In this document: positions 38,143-64,000 of the stretch, in pieces | How positions within the stretch are numbered: the stretch's first letter is position 1 | How the letters are laid out: the number at the start of each line of letters is the position of its first letter | Assembly: GCA_965153355.1 (NCBI GenBank) | Contig: OZ231126.1 | Coordinates: 34,100,001-34,164,000, forward strand | Direction: 5' to 3' | Source of the DNA: Flaccisagitta enflata | Lineage: Eukaryota | Length of the DNA stretch: 64,000 bases | Notes under the pieces: model-generated | Database searches by the model: none | What the model saw: only the letters and a program-made list of their open reading frames with translations | What the model was told of the DNA's origin: nothing | Program-made: the position numbers and the translations under genes

Positions 38143-38555
38143 ACATTGAAATTTTCATATTTCTACATTGAGACATGGCAAAGTCACGAAATTTGGCATG
38201 AACACTCTCATATGTCTTCACTAAACGGGCAAAAAAGAAAAAGTTGAAAAAATCAAGGAAAGATGAGGTTTTTTTATCAATAATTGGAATTTTTCCCAAA
38301 TATCGTCAAAGATAGTACTTTTAAAAAAATCTAAAAAATGTAATTTTTCTATGATGAACAAGGTCCTGTCAACAGAAGATTTTAAGTCCTCAAAACCATA
38401 ACCAGGACCAATGAAAATGTCCCATTTCTTCATATCACGTCATGTTTTTTCTCAAATTTTACAGTGATGATAGTCAGTGAGACCTAAATAGGACATGTAG
38501 AAATTGGCCAAATCAGCCCTTTTTTTGGTCCAAGATCCTAGTGATATGTCGACAC

Positions 38556-41500
38556 TGGGGTGTTTCAGATCAGGGCTATGGTCTCCGATGGGGCTGGCTG
38601 TAAAATTAGAGTTGTGGTATAGTTAGGGGAAGGCCCCAGGCACCATAGTTGGGCACCCAGAGGCCCCTACAAGTAACACCAACTCTGCGAAGGTTGAAAA
38701 ATTGACCAAAAATGACCGAAAATGACAAAATCACTTTAAAATTCCAGAGAATTAATTATTTTGGCAAATTATTCCAATTTCTTTTTCTGGTTCACACAGT
38801 TGTAACTTATGGAAGTGGTCTAGGCCGAGAAATGGCCAGCAGATGCGATAGGGGGCTGTCAAGAACTCAAAAATGGCCAAAAAAAGACCCTAAAAATGAA
38901 CTGTTTTAAGCATACTAAAAAATTAATGAAAAATAATGAAAATCTTTCCTCCTAAGGGCAATCTTTCCACTCATATAGGCTCAGTGGAGTGCAAGGGGCT
39001 GATAACTGCAAAAAATTCAACCCTAAGATTAAAAACAGGCCCCATATAGATCGAAATAATGACCAAAAATGATAAAAACGCTTCAAAATTAAAAAAAATT
39101 GATTAATTAGGCAAATCAACCCAATTTTTTTTACTGGTTCATACAGTTGTAAGTTCTAGAAGTGATCTAGACCGATAAATGGCCAGTGGGAGCGTTTGGG
39201 GGCCAATAAGAACCCAAAAATGGCCAAAAAAGACCTAAAAATGCAATTTTTTTTACACATTTTCAATATCCAATGAAAATAATGAAATTTTTTCCTCCTA
39301 AGGGCAATTTTTCCAATCATATAGGCTCAATGGAGTGCAAGGGGCTGATATTTGCAGAAAAAATCAACCCTGGAATTTAAAATAGGCCCCGTAGAGGTCG
39401 ACATAATGACCAAAAATTACCAAAAACGACAAAAAAACGACAAAAAATTAAAAAAATTTGATTAATTAGGCAAATCAACCCAATTTTTTATACTGGTTCA
39501 TGCAGTTGTAAGTTCTAGAAGTGATCTAGACCAATAAATGGACAGTGGGAGCGTTTGGGGGCCAATAAGAACCCAAAAATGGCCAAAAAAGAACTAAAAT
39601 TGCATTTTTTTACACATTTTCAAAATCCAATGAAAAATAATGAAATTTTTCCTCCTAATGGCAATTTTTCCAATCATATAGGCTCAATGGAGTGCAAGCG
39701 GCTGATGACTGCAAAAAATTCACCAAGAATGACCAAAAATGACAAAAAATGCGTCAAAATTTAAAAAAAAATTGATTAATTATGCAAATCAACCCAATTT
39801 TTGGGCAGCGGCTCCGAAGGGACGGTCTCAGAGAACACAGGGGACTGTTCGTCGTTCGTCCCCGTCCATCTTCTGCGCCCTCTCTTTGAATCTGCCTATC
39901 AGGCCTGAAATCTGCCCCCAGGCCTGAAACCTCCCAGGTCTAAATCTGCCCTCTCATGCAGATTCAAGGCTTGAGAGGGCAGATTTCAGGCCTGAGAGGG
40001 TAGATTTCAGGCCTGATAGGGCAGATTTCAGGCCTGAGAGGGCATATTTCAGACCTGAGAGGGCCTGCAGGGGATAGACGGACGAATGGATGGACGAACG
40101 AACAAAAGTCCCCCTGTGTTCTACAGGACTTCGTCCCCTTCGGGACCGCTGCCCTGCTTCCTCTCACTCCAATTCACAATCAAGCAAAGCAGGGCAGCCG
40201 GTATCGCTGACCACATATTGCCCTTGGGCGACCTGTTTTTACTGGTTCATACAGTTGTGAGTTCTAGAAGTGATCTAAACCAATAAATGGCCAGTGGGAG
40301 CGTTTGGGGGCCAGTAAGAACCCAAAAATGGCCAAAAAGGACCTAAAAATGCAATTTTTCACACATTTTCAATATCCAATGAAAAATAATGAAATTTTTT
40401 CCTCTTAATGGCAATTTTTCCATCTTGTAGGCTCAATGGAGTGCAAGGGGGTAATTGCAAAAAGTTCAACCCTGGAATTCTTTCCTCCTAATAGCAATCT
40501 CTCCACTCATAGAGGCTCAATGGAGTGCAAGGGGCTGATAACTACAAAAAATGCAAATCTGGAATTTAAAACAGGCCCTGTAAAGGTCGAAATAATGACC
40601 AAAAATGACCAAAAAAGACAAAAACGCTTTAAAACTAAAAAAAATTTGTTAATTAGGCTAATCAAGTGGGAGCGTTTGGGAGCCGAAAAGAACCCAAAAA
40701 TGACCAAAAAAGACCTAAAAAAGCATTATTTTACACATTTTCAAAATCAAATGAAAAATAATGATTTTTTTTCCTCCCAATGACAATTTTTCCACTCACA
40801 TAAGCTCAATGGAGTGCAAGGGGCTGATAACTGCAAAAAATTTAATCCTGGAATAAAAAACAGGCTCTGTCTGTAGAGGTCAAAAAAATGCCCCTTGCAC
40901 TCCATTTAGCCTTGCCATTAGGAGGAAAAAATTTCATTATTTTTCTTTGGATTTTGAAAATATGTAAAATAATGCTTTTTTAGGTCTTTTTTGGTCATTT
41001 TTGGGTTCTTTTCGGCTCTCAAACGCTCCCACTTGATTAGCCTAATTAACAATTTTTTTTTTAGTTTTAAAGCGTTTTTGTCTTTTTTGGTCATTTTTGG
41101 TCATTATTTCGACCTTTACAGGGCCTGTTTTAAATTCCAGATTTGCATTTTTTGTAGTTATTAGCCCCTTGCACTCCAATGAGCCTCTATGAGTGGAGAG
41201 ATTGCCATTAGGAGGAAAGAATTTCATTATTTTTCATTTGATTTTGAAAATGTGTAAAAAAATGCATTTTTAGGTCTCTTGGTCATTTTTGGGTCAATTC
41301 TAGAACTTACAACTGTATGGACCAGTGAAAAAAATTGGCTTGCTTTGCCTGATAAATCAATTTTTCTAATTTTGAAGCATTTTTGTCATATTTGGTCATT
41401 TTTGGTCATTATTGGTCATTATTTCAAATTCTACGGGGCCTGTTTTAAATTCCAGGGTTGAATTTTTTGCAGTTATCAGCCCCTTGCACTCCATTGAGCC

Positions 41501-42634
41501 TATATGATTGAAAAAATTGCCATTAGGAGAAAAAAATTTCATTATTTCATATTTCATTATTTCATATTTCATTATTTTATATTTCATTATTTCATATTTC
41601 ATTATTTCATATTTCATTTCATATTTTTGGGTTCTTATTGGCCCTCAAACGCTCCGCCTGGCCATTTATTGGTCTAAATCACTTCTAGAACTCACAACTG
41701 TATGAACCAGTAAAAAAGAAATGGTTGATTTGCCTAATTAATCAATTTTTTAAAAATTTTGATGTATTTTTTGTCATTTTTGGTCATTTTTGGTCATTAT
41801 TTCGACTTCTATGGGGCCTGTTTTAAATTCCAGGGCTTATTTTTTTGCAGTTATCGGCCCTTGCACTCCATTGAGCCTATATGATTGGAAAAATTGCCAT
41901 TAAGGGGAAAAAATTTCATTATTTTTCATTGAATTTTGAAAATGTGTAAAAAAATGCATTTTTAGGTCTTTTTTGGCCATTTTTGGGTTCTTATTAGCCC
42001 CCAAGCGCTCCCAATGGCCATTTATCGGTCTAGATCACTTCTAGAACTTACAACTGTATGAAGCAGTACAAAAAGTTGGGTTGATTTGCCTAATTAATCA
42101 ATTTTTTTAAATTTTGAAGCGTTTTTGTCATTTTTGGTCATTATTTCGACCTATATGAAGCCTGTTTTTAATTTCAGGGTTGAATTTTTTGCAGTTATCA
42201 GCCCCTTGCACTCCACTGAGCCAATATGAGTGGAAAAATTGCCCTAAAGAGGAAAAATTTTCATTATTTTTCATTAATTTTTTAGTATGCTTAAAACAGT
42301 TCATTTTTAGGGTCTTTTTTTGGCCATTTTTGAGTTCTTGACAGCCCCCTATCGCATTTACCGGCCATTTCTCGGCCTAGACCACTTCCATAAGTTACAA
42401 CTGTGTGAACCAGAAAAAGAAATTGGATTGATTTGCCAAAATAATCAATTTTTTGGAATTTTAAAGTGATTTTGTCATTTTTGGTCGTTTTTTCAACCTT
42501 TGCAGAGGTGGTGTTACTCGCAGGGGCCTCTGGGCGCCCAACTATGGTGCCTGAGGCCTTCCCCTAACTGTACCACAACTCCAATTTTACAGCCAGCCCC
42601 ATCGGAGACCATAGCCCTGATCTGAAACACCCCA
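38556..42634. mobile_element. Mutator/Foldback-like element, ~4.1 kb near-palindrome with tandem subrepeats
   Basis: TIR TGGGGTGTTTCAGATCAGGGCTATGGTCTCCGATGGGG...; 10-bp TSD ATGTCGACAC; arms built of ~350-bp units containing GGCTCAATGGAGTGCAAGGGGCTGATA; orientation flips near 40880. Confidence 0.8.
39799..40237. mobile_element. Family-2 Helentron/DINE-like element nested in the foldback left arm
   Basis: Inserted in the T-run of AACCCAATTTTT/TTTTACTGG; absent from the mirror arm. Confidence 0.65.
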
Positions 42635-43495
42635 ATGTCGACACTGAAGAAAGTAGGTTGTTACCAGAGTGCTACCTGATGTCCCCGACCACCTAGGGAC
42701 ACTTTTCTCAAAAAAGAAATTGAGGAAGGATACTTACTATGTCATCTTATAAGGGTATTTCCTTGGCCCGGCGAATCCCGAATCTTACCGTATACGCGTA
42801 CTTGACGATTAATTTTCTTTTCCTGCCAGATACAGTATTGCATCAGAAATACGAGTTATCTAGACGTATAGTCCTACCAAAATTTTCATCGTGCTATCCA
42901 TGTGTCCAGAAAAGGTTTGCAAAAACTTAAAACTCTAAAAATATGCGCTTACATAGCACTAGCAATGATAGCATGAACATCGCACCTTTTCATGTTTTTA
43001 GTTGCGGACACGCAACTCGAAAAGAGGCTTTGTCCGTTCACCGGTCCGTAGGTCCGTTAGTCTGTTGGTCCTTGGTGATCGAGATGAAAAGTGGAATAAC
43101 AAGCGTTTTAGATAAATGTGAATGCTTATGTGAAGGGGTGGGGACCGTGGGGTTGAGTTATGGATGAGGGTTGGACGCCCTTGCCCACCCGTACGCAACG
43201 ATATTGTGACCCCGCGTCACTTGTTTTCCTAACACTAGCATCAATTGAGAATTGAGCCTCGTGACCTCGTTTCCTTTTTAGAGCCTGTTTGATTTCAAAA
43301 ACGCTGGCCAAGGAAAAAAACAGCAAATAAGACAAAGGAATCACCCCCCCCCCCGTCTTTGAAAGCATCGAGGTCATCGAGACAACCAAATCCAGCAAGG
43401 CTACCACGGCCACCCGCTACTGATGCCATCAAGGCCACGAAGGTGGTAAAGGCCTCCGAAGCCACAAAGGCCACTGTCGTTGTCAGCGCTTCTTT

Positions 43496-43775
43496 TTAGT
43501 CGCGTGCTACGCGACTCTACAACCCGCTTTGTCCGCCCGTCGGTCGGTTGGTCGGTCGGTCGGTCGGTCGGTCGGTCGGTCGGTCGGTCGGTCGGTCGGT
43601 CGGTCGGTCGGTCGGTCGGTCGGTCGGTCCCCGTTTTACTTTTTTATTCGTTTTACTTTTTTGACCTCATCACGCCTGCCCAAATGGTCTAGTGACCTCA
43701 AATACGGCCCCTGCCCACCCGCACGGCCCCTGCCCACCCGCACGCGACTTCGGCAGCCGTGTATCCGGCCTTGTT
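43496..43775 (-). mobile_element. Helentron/DINE-1-like element, family 1, with expanded (GGTC)n
   Basis: TTTTAGTCGCGTGCTACGCGACT hairpin, (CGGT)n array, CCGTGTATCCGGCCTTGTT end. Confidence 0.65.
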
Positions 43776-44433
43776 TTTTCGGAATCGGGAATTATTTGCT
43801 CTCTCTGAGAGATTTTCATCAGCATATAAAATATTTGGCAAATCGAGTTTTGGGAGGAAATTTATTATGATTCAACGATAAACAAGGCCGGATACACGGC
43901 CAATACCAGTTGCGGACGGGTGGGCAGGGGCGGAAATGCGAGTTTTCACACTCTCCAACTCGATCACCATGACGGACGGACCAACGGACCAACGGACCAA
44001 CGGACGGACAGACGGACGGACGGACAAAGCCTCTTATAGAGTTGCGTGTCCGCAACTAAAAACAAGGCTTTTTTTGCCATACAAATACAGTAGTTGTGGC
44101 AGCAGTTGTTGGCAGATGCTAATGTCGAAAGCGACAAAAATAAAGTAACGTTATCATCTCATTCCTGTTTGAAAAAAAAACTTAGTCCTTTTGTGCTTGT
44201 GCTTGGTTGGTTGCTTTTTAGGGAGTGTCTCCGTTACAGAGAATAACACAGAGGAGTGGAAGAACAAGGCCAAGTAGGCCAATAAGGTTGCGCCGTGTGG
44301 ATCGTCGAAAGAATGCGTTACCAATAGACAGATCAACGGACACAGCCGGTTATAGAGGATTAGAGGTGCTTTGGTGCACATAAAAAGAGGAAGATGATGA
44401 GGTAAAAGGAGATGAAGGTAATCGAGCACGAGG

Positions 44434-44516
<83 letters not shown>

Positions 44517-45178
44517 AAAAAAAGAAAGAAAAAAAAAGAAAGAAAAAAAAAGAAAGAAAAAAAAGATAGAAAGAAAATAGTCGCAAAAGCATTACATAGG
44601 CAGCGGTATCCGATGCCCCTATGTTAGTGATGTGAGAGTGATGTGAGAGTGATCTTGTATCTTTTTAGTCGCGTGCTACGCGACTCTTTGCCTGCTATGT
44701 CGGTCGCCGTCGGTCCGTCCGCGTTAGCTTTTTTTGGCGTTTTTGAGCGTTTTTTGCATTACTGCTCCTGCTTTTAGTTGTTTTATCTTTTGGTCTTTAG
44801 GTCTTTTAGTCTTTTAGTCTTCAAAACCGCACGCGACTTGTAACGCGATGGCCTTGTTAAATTTTAAGACGCACTTTTGCAATTTTGCCTGGTTGACTAA
44901 GCTCTTTTTGCGCACATCCTAGACCATTCCTCTCCAATCAGGATGTCAAACATGAAAATCTTTGGTTGGACGCGTTCAGAATATGAATCGTACTTTCCCC
45001 ATGGGTACAGTCTACTTTTCGAGACAGAGATTCTTTTAGCTTTAGCTAGGGCATGTCCCAACTAGTGTTCATCCACAAAAACCTTTCATGAAACTTTCTA
45101 GTCGCGGATTAGCGAATTTTTCAGAGGCTCCGTCAGTCCGTCAGTCGGTTCATCGGTCGGTGGGTCACACTCGAGCTG

Positions 45179-45245
<67 letters not shown>

Positions 45246-45344
45246 CCCCCCCCCGCCTCAGATTTTCTTCCCCACAATGTGCCGCATCGCATTACAAAAT
45301 CTATGATTTTCTTCCCCTCAAAGCAATTAAACAGTATGTACACG

Positions 45345-45824
45345 CACTCGGCTGAGTAACAACCTTCTTTATAACAACGTTGAGGCTCAAAATGTAAAAA
45401 AAATAAGAACATTTCTAGCAACACCATCAGCCTCAGAAAATTAAGAATATAACAACATTTTAGCCTCAAGTCCAACCAATAACAACTTTTCTCTTAGATT
45501 TGCTATAATTTCTGTTGCGTTCAATTTTAACATGCGGCAGTTTCATAGAACAGTTGGCTTTTTCTACTGTATTTTAGTTATAACAATATTTTGTTCCTGA
45601 ATTGAATGGTTGTTCTCCTTTATTTCATTCCTACCCTAGATCCCTGTCATTCCAAAGAAAGCAGCGAAAGGAATAATGGTACAGACATCCTAATCAATTG
45701 TTACATTAGAAGATTGATGAGAAAAAAATAACAACAGTTTAGCAACGGTTTGAGCCTCATATCGTCTTTCAAATAACAACATTGAGCCTCAGAAAAAAAT
45801 AACCCGTTGTTACTCAGCCAAGAG
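45345..45824. mobile_element. MITE
   Basis: Inverted termini CTCGGCTGAGTAACAAC / GTTGTTACTCAGCCAAG; exact ends and TSD not resolved. Confidence 0.5.
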
Positions 45825-47924
45825 GTTTAAATACTGCTAAAATGTGTTGTAGTAATCAGATACTACTTTTTGGAAATACAAAAAGTGTCTAATCTTCAAA
45901 AGATTTCCTTTTGTCTTCTATTCTAGTTTTTGATTTTCTTCCCCATTTCCAAACCCTTTTATTTTATTCCCCCCCAGGGGGGGGGAGGGAATACTCAACT
46001 TTATACACGCCTGGTCTTTTGTTTTTAAGACTTTTTCAGAGGGTAAGGGTTTGGGTTTGGGTTAGGGTCAGGGATAGGGTTGGGGATGGTTTTATTTCTT
46101 GTTCTTGTTCCTTTTTGCCGCTTGCGGAGTGTAGGCTCATTTGTGCGAGGGCACACGAACGAGCAGCAGAAACTCACATTTATTACTACTCTCAGTCAAA
46201 ACAAAGGAAGCGCATGAAATGTGGAACAAAGCAGAGACGGAGAGAGTCGCTTGTAATATTTTTTTCCTCATACTACGCGAAATGAAACCATGAGGAAGCT
46301 CTCCCCGAGAAGAAAAAGATAAATATTCTTAGGGTCGGAGTTTGGAGTTGAAGATTATGTAACGAAAACGAGCGGAGGTGAAAAAAAAGTTAACACTCGC
46401 TCTAACATATCTGAAGTGAATCAAGTACACTTTTTTTTTTATAAGAGACCAGTTTATAAGAGACATGAGCCTGAGATTTGCCGAGATTTTAAGAACAAAA
46501 TAAAAGAATACCCAGGTTGAGATTCAGCTTCAGCCATTTTCAAAAACAATTTTATTCAAGTTTCATATCTAAAAAGTGAATTTAATTCAAATTTTTCAGA
46601 AATATAGGTTTTTTATTTTTAAAAATAACTTCTTTTCTTAGTTTGCCTATGAAATCAGGCATTACATTGAAAAAAATATAACAATTATCAAGTTTAAGAT
46701 ACAACTGCTCTAAATTTTGAAAAAAAAATCTTTTGTTTCAGCCTTATTTTTCATTTATATCGGATCTATTATCCAGCCACAAGCACTTTCATGAGATGAA
46801 TTATCACCATGGACACTGGATATGTACATCTGTATTCCATAAAACCCTTGAAAGCACGATTTGATACGCTATTCACAAAAAAAAGGCGTGAAAATGAGGG
46901 TTTTTGATGAAATTCCGCTTACAAATTTTCTCACAGCATTATAGATTTAGTAGTATATACAGAGGATAATGCCGCATTCTTACTGTTTAGACCTTTTAAT
47001 CCCCCCTCAGGGTTCCCAGTTAGACACCCTTGCGATATCCAGGGCCAGTTCTTGTCCTCAACCTCAGGATAGATCAGTGAAGCCTCGTCTGTCGGTTGAC
47101 AAAAATTATTTGCATAATACGAGATGATCAGAGAAAAAATCGTTTTTCGCTGTTGGAAATCAATTCAACAGTCGCCGAAGCATTGATTTATCTTACAAGT
47201 GTTCCTGGGGGGGTAGTTCAACAAAAAAACCCGCTCATAGTCAACCTGAATAGGCGGAATTAGGTGTAATTGGTGTCTGATGACTGAGAAAAAAGGATTT
47301 CGAAAAAACTTTTTACCGCGGTTGAAATTCTACGATTCTCAAATGCAGCAAAATTTTGCATTTTCAAAAACATAGTTCTCTTCGTAATCGATTTTGGAAG
47401 AGAACTATGTTTTTCATTTTTTCATTTTTTCATTTTCTATGCAAATTTAGAATTTCAACCGGCCTCATGTCAGAGCAGAAAAGGAGAATCTTTTGTTATT
47501 CAGCGGAATGACACAAAGACAAAGACAACTTTGAGTACCCAGAGCTGGGAGTGGTCCAGAAGTGCCCTATAATACTTGGGGAATACCAATTAACCAATTT
47601 ACAAATTGTTTCATTGATCAAATTTTTAAAAAATCCATTTTTAAGTGATAAATAGGGTATTTTTAGTGTTTTTAAGCATGAAATTATTTTGGCAACTTCA
47701 AAAATCCTCAGAAAATACTGGAAATACTTGGCATTGGTTTAAATGTACATAGTTTTACACTTGACAACAAATTTTGTGGGATGTCTCTGAGATTATAGTT
47801 GAAAAATTGCTTAAAAATTGCAAAATATTGGTTTTTTTACCATTTAGAGGCCTAAATTTAATATCAGAACTTAAAAAAAAAACGAAAAATCATGCCAACT
47901 CTAAGAAAGTAGGACACTGATGGA

Positions 47925-48123
47925 ACAAGGCCGGATACACGGCTACCCCAGTCGCGTGCGGTTGGGCAGGGGCTGTATTTGAGGTCACTTAATCATTTGG
48001 GCAGGAGCAGTGAAGCCAAAGACCGCAAAAAAAAAAAAAAAAGTAAAGTGTGATGGACCGACAGACGGACTGACCGACGGACCGACAAAGCGGGTTGTAG
48101 AGTCGTGTAGCACGCGACTAAAA
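47925..48123 (+). mobile_element. Helentron/DINE-1-like short interspersed element, family 1 (representative copy)
   Basis: AACAAGGCCGGATACACGGC...GGGCAGGGGC...(GACG/GACC)n...terminal hairpin AGTCGxGTxGCACGCGACT. Further copies at approximately 2983, 3305, 5462, 28202, 30296, 33136, 36357, 43496, 43881, 58567 and 59293. Confidence 0.65.
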
Positions 48124-48302
48124 ATTAAATTGAAATTACTGCATTGCTGCCCCTGCCCAGATTGGTATTACTTAATTGCCCCATCCCTTCCCGAGGCCCA
48201 ACCGAATGTGTCTGCCTCCTACAACTAGCCTCACTCAGCCCAACCTTACGCGACCAATATTGATCATAACTCTGATCTGATCTTGCTTCCTGTTTTCGTT
48301 CA

Positions 48303-48346
<44 letters not shown>

Positions 48347-48539
48347 ACTCACTCCAGAGCGGGAAACCAAATTCGTGACGGACCGACCAGCAAAGCAGGA
48401 TCTAAATTCACGTGACCTCAATTAAAGATTTGCTCTTTTGTTCTGAAATCAAGCTTTTTTCATCGTCAGGTGGCCATTTTTTTTTATCGTCATCATTTCT
48501 AATTTCACGGAAAACATAAAAGATGAGTGAAGAAATAAA

Positions 48540-49131
<592 letters not shown>

Positions 49132-49525
49132 TAAACACAGAGACAATGAGGGTATTTCGAATCACTTGGACGGAGAATTGAAGGAAAAGTGATCCAAATT
49201 CGAAACGGAGAGATTCGATTTTCGGTTTAACATCTAATAGCCCAAGACGAACCGCTAGTAAAAATAACATAAGACTTGGACTTCCCACGAGGCTTATAAG
49301 GCTTATTAGGCCCCGCGGTAATAAGATAAATAAAAAAAGTTGTTATATTTCACAGGATCGAAAAATTGCAAAGAATCTGTTTGTTAATTGCGCTCATGAC
49401 TCAAGCATGGCACACGGACCAACATGAAAACTCAAATATTCTTACACATAAGCTAGCCACAGGCACGCATACAATTTAAGAACTGTAACCCTTAAAAAAG
49501 TGACTCAATTTTGTCTTACTTTTAG

Positions 49526-63167
<13,642 letters not shown>

Positions 63168-64000
63168 ATCTATCGATTGTTTTGTTTGCCGGTATCTGAC
63201 GAATGACCTTTTGTTTTTTAATGAATTTTTTTTCGCGTCATGCACTGGCTATTGCCGTGATTGATCTCACATTGCCCATTTGTGTAACCGCTTACTATGG
63301 ATCAAATGCCTTATCCCTTCGATTACATGATATTTTCTATGATAGTCTTATGTTTGCCTGGGGCTGATGGTGCAGCAATTTTGCACTTTTAAATCATATG
63401 TTCATATGTTTAATTGAATGCGTACAGACAGAAGATAGAAGATAGCAGATGGCAGATAGAAGCTTAGACAGCTTGGAAGCTGTGTAGCCAGTGACAAGTA
63501 GACTATACAAAACAATAATTGTGAATGAAACAGATATTTGATGTTGTCTATATTGATAACATGCAATAAGCTCAAAATATTGCTATTAACACCAACTAAG
63601 ATATTTCACAACCTCTGACTCTAAGAATATTCGCTCAGATGACTGTTACTGCATAGATGACCTTTACAGATAGATTACTGTGCGAACTTGCAAATATGTT
63701 GTAGGTAATGTCTGTCAGTCAGTTGGTCTTTCTGTCCGTCTGAAGGTCCATCACACAAATGTTGAGACCACGCAAAACTGCTGACTATGGCGTTTCACTT
63801 CATTGCTGTTACATCGCATGTTCTCCCTTATTCATTTTCATTCAATCGTTCATTCATCCATACATGATGCATTCATTCATTCATTCATTCATGATGTTCA
63901 GTCAACAAAAAAGGTTCATTCATACATTCTTAATCGGCGAGCTGCATGTATTGGCTATAACCTGGCCTTGCTATAGTTAAATGATCATGATATTGAAGCA

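Overview
AT-rich, repeat-dense eukaryotic (apparently invertebrate animal) genomic DNA; there are no prokaryotic features. Two spliced genes can be reconstructed by hand. (1) Minus strand, ~3.6-26.6 kb: nine tandem two-exon modules (90-nt exon A + 378/381-nt exon B, all phase-1 GT-AG junctions), each encoding a complete F5/8 type C (discoidin/CBM32-like) domain. A phase-matched Ser/Thr-rich mucin-like exon follows; the 5' exon(s) were not found. (2) Plus strand, 49.5-63.2 kb: four phase-2 exons (49526-50140, 52870-53241, 53486-53863, 62918-63167) join without stops into a Sola2-like DDD transposase core, a Cys cluster, an acidic linker and a C-terminal PWWP-like domain that is split across a 9-kb intron; its N-terminal exon(s) and TIRs were not found. 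The rest is a nested set of non-autonomous DNA transposons (hAT, Tc1/mariner, Chapaev-like, Transib-like with RSS-like ends, Mutator/foldback, Helentron/DINE-like), minisatellites and microsatellites. Family assignments come from remembered motifs, not from database searches.
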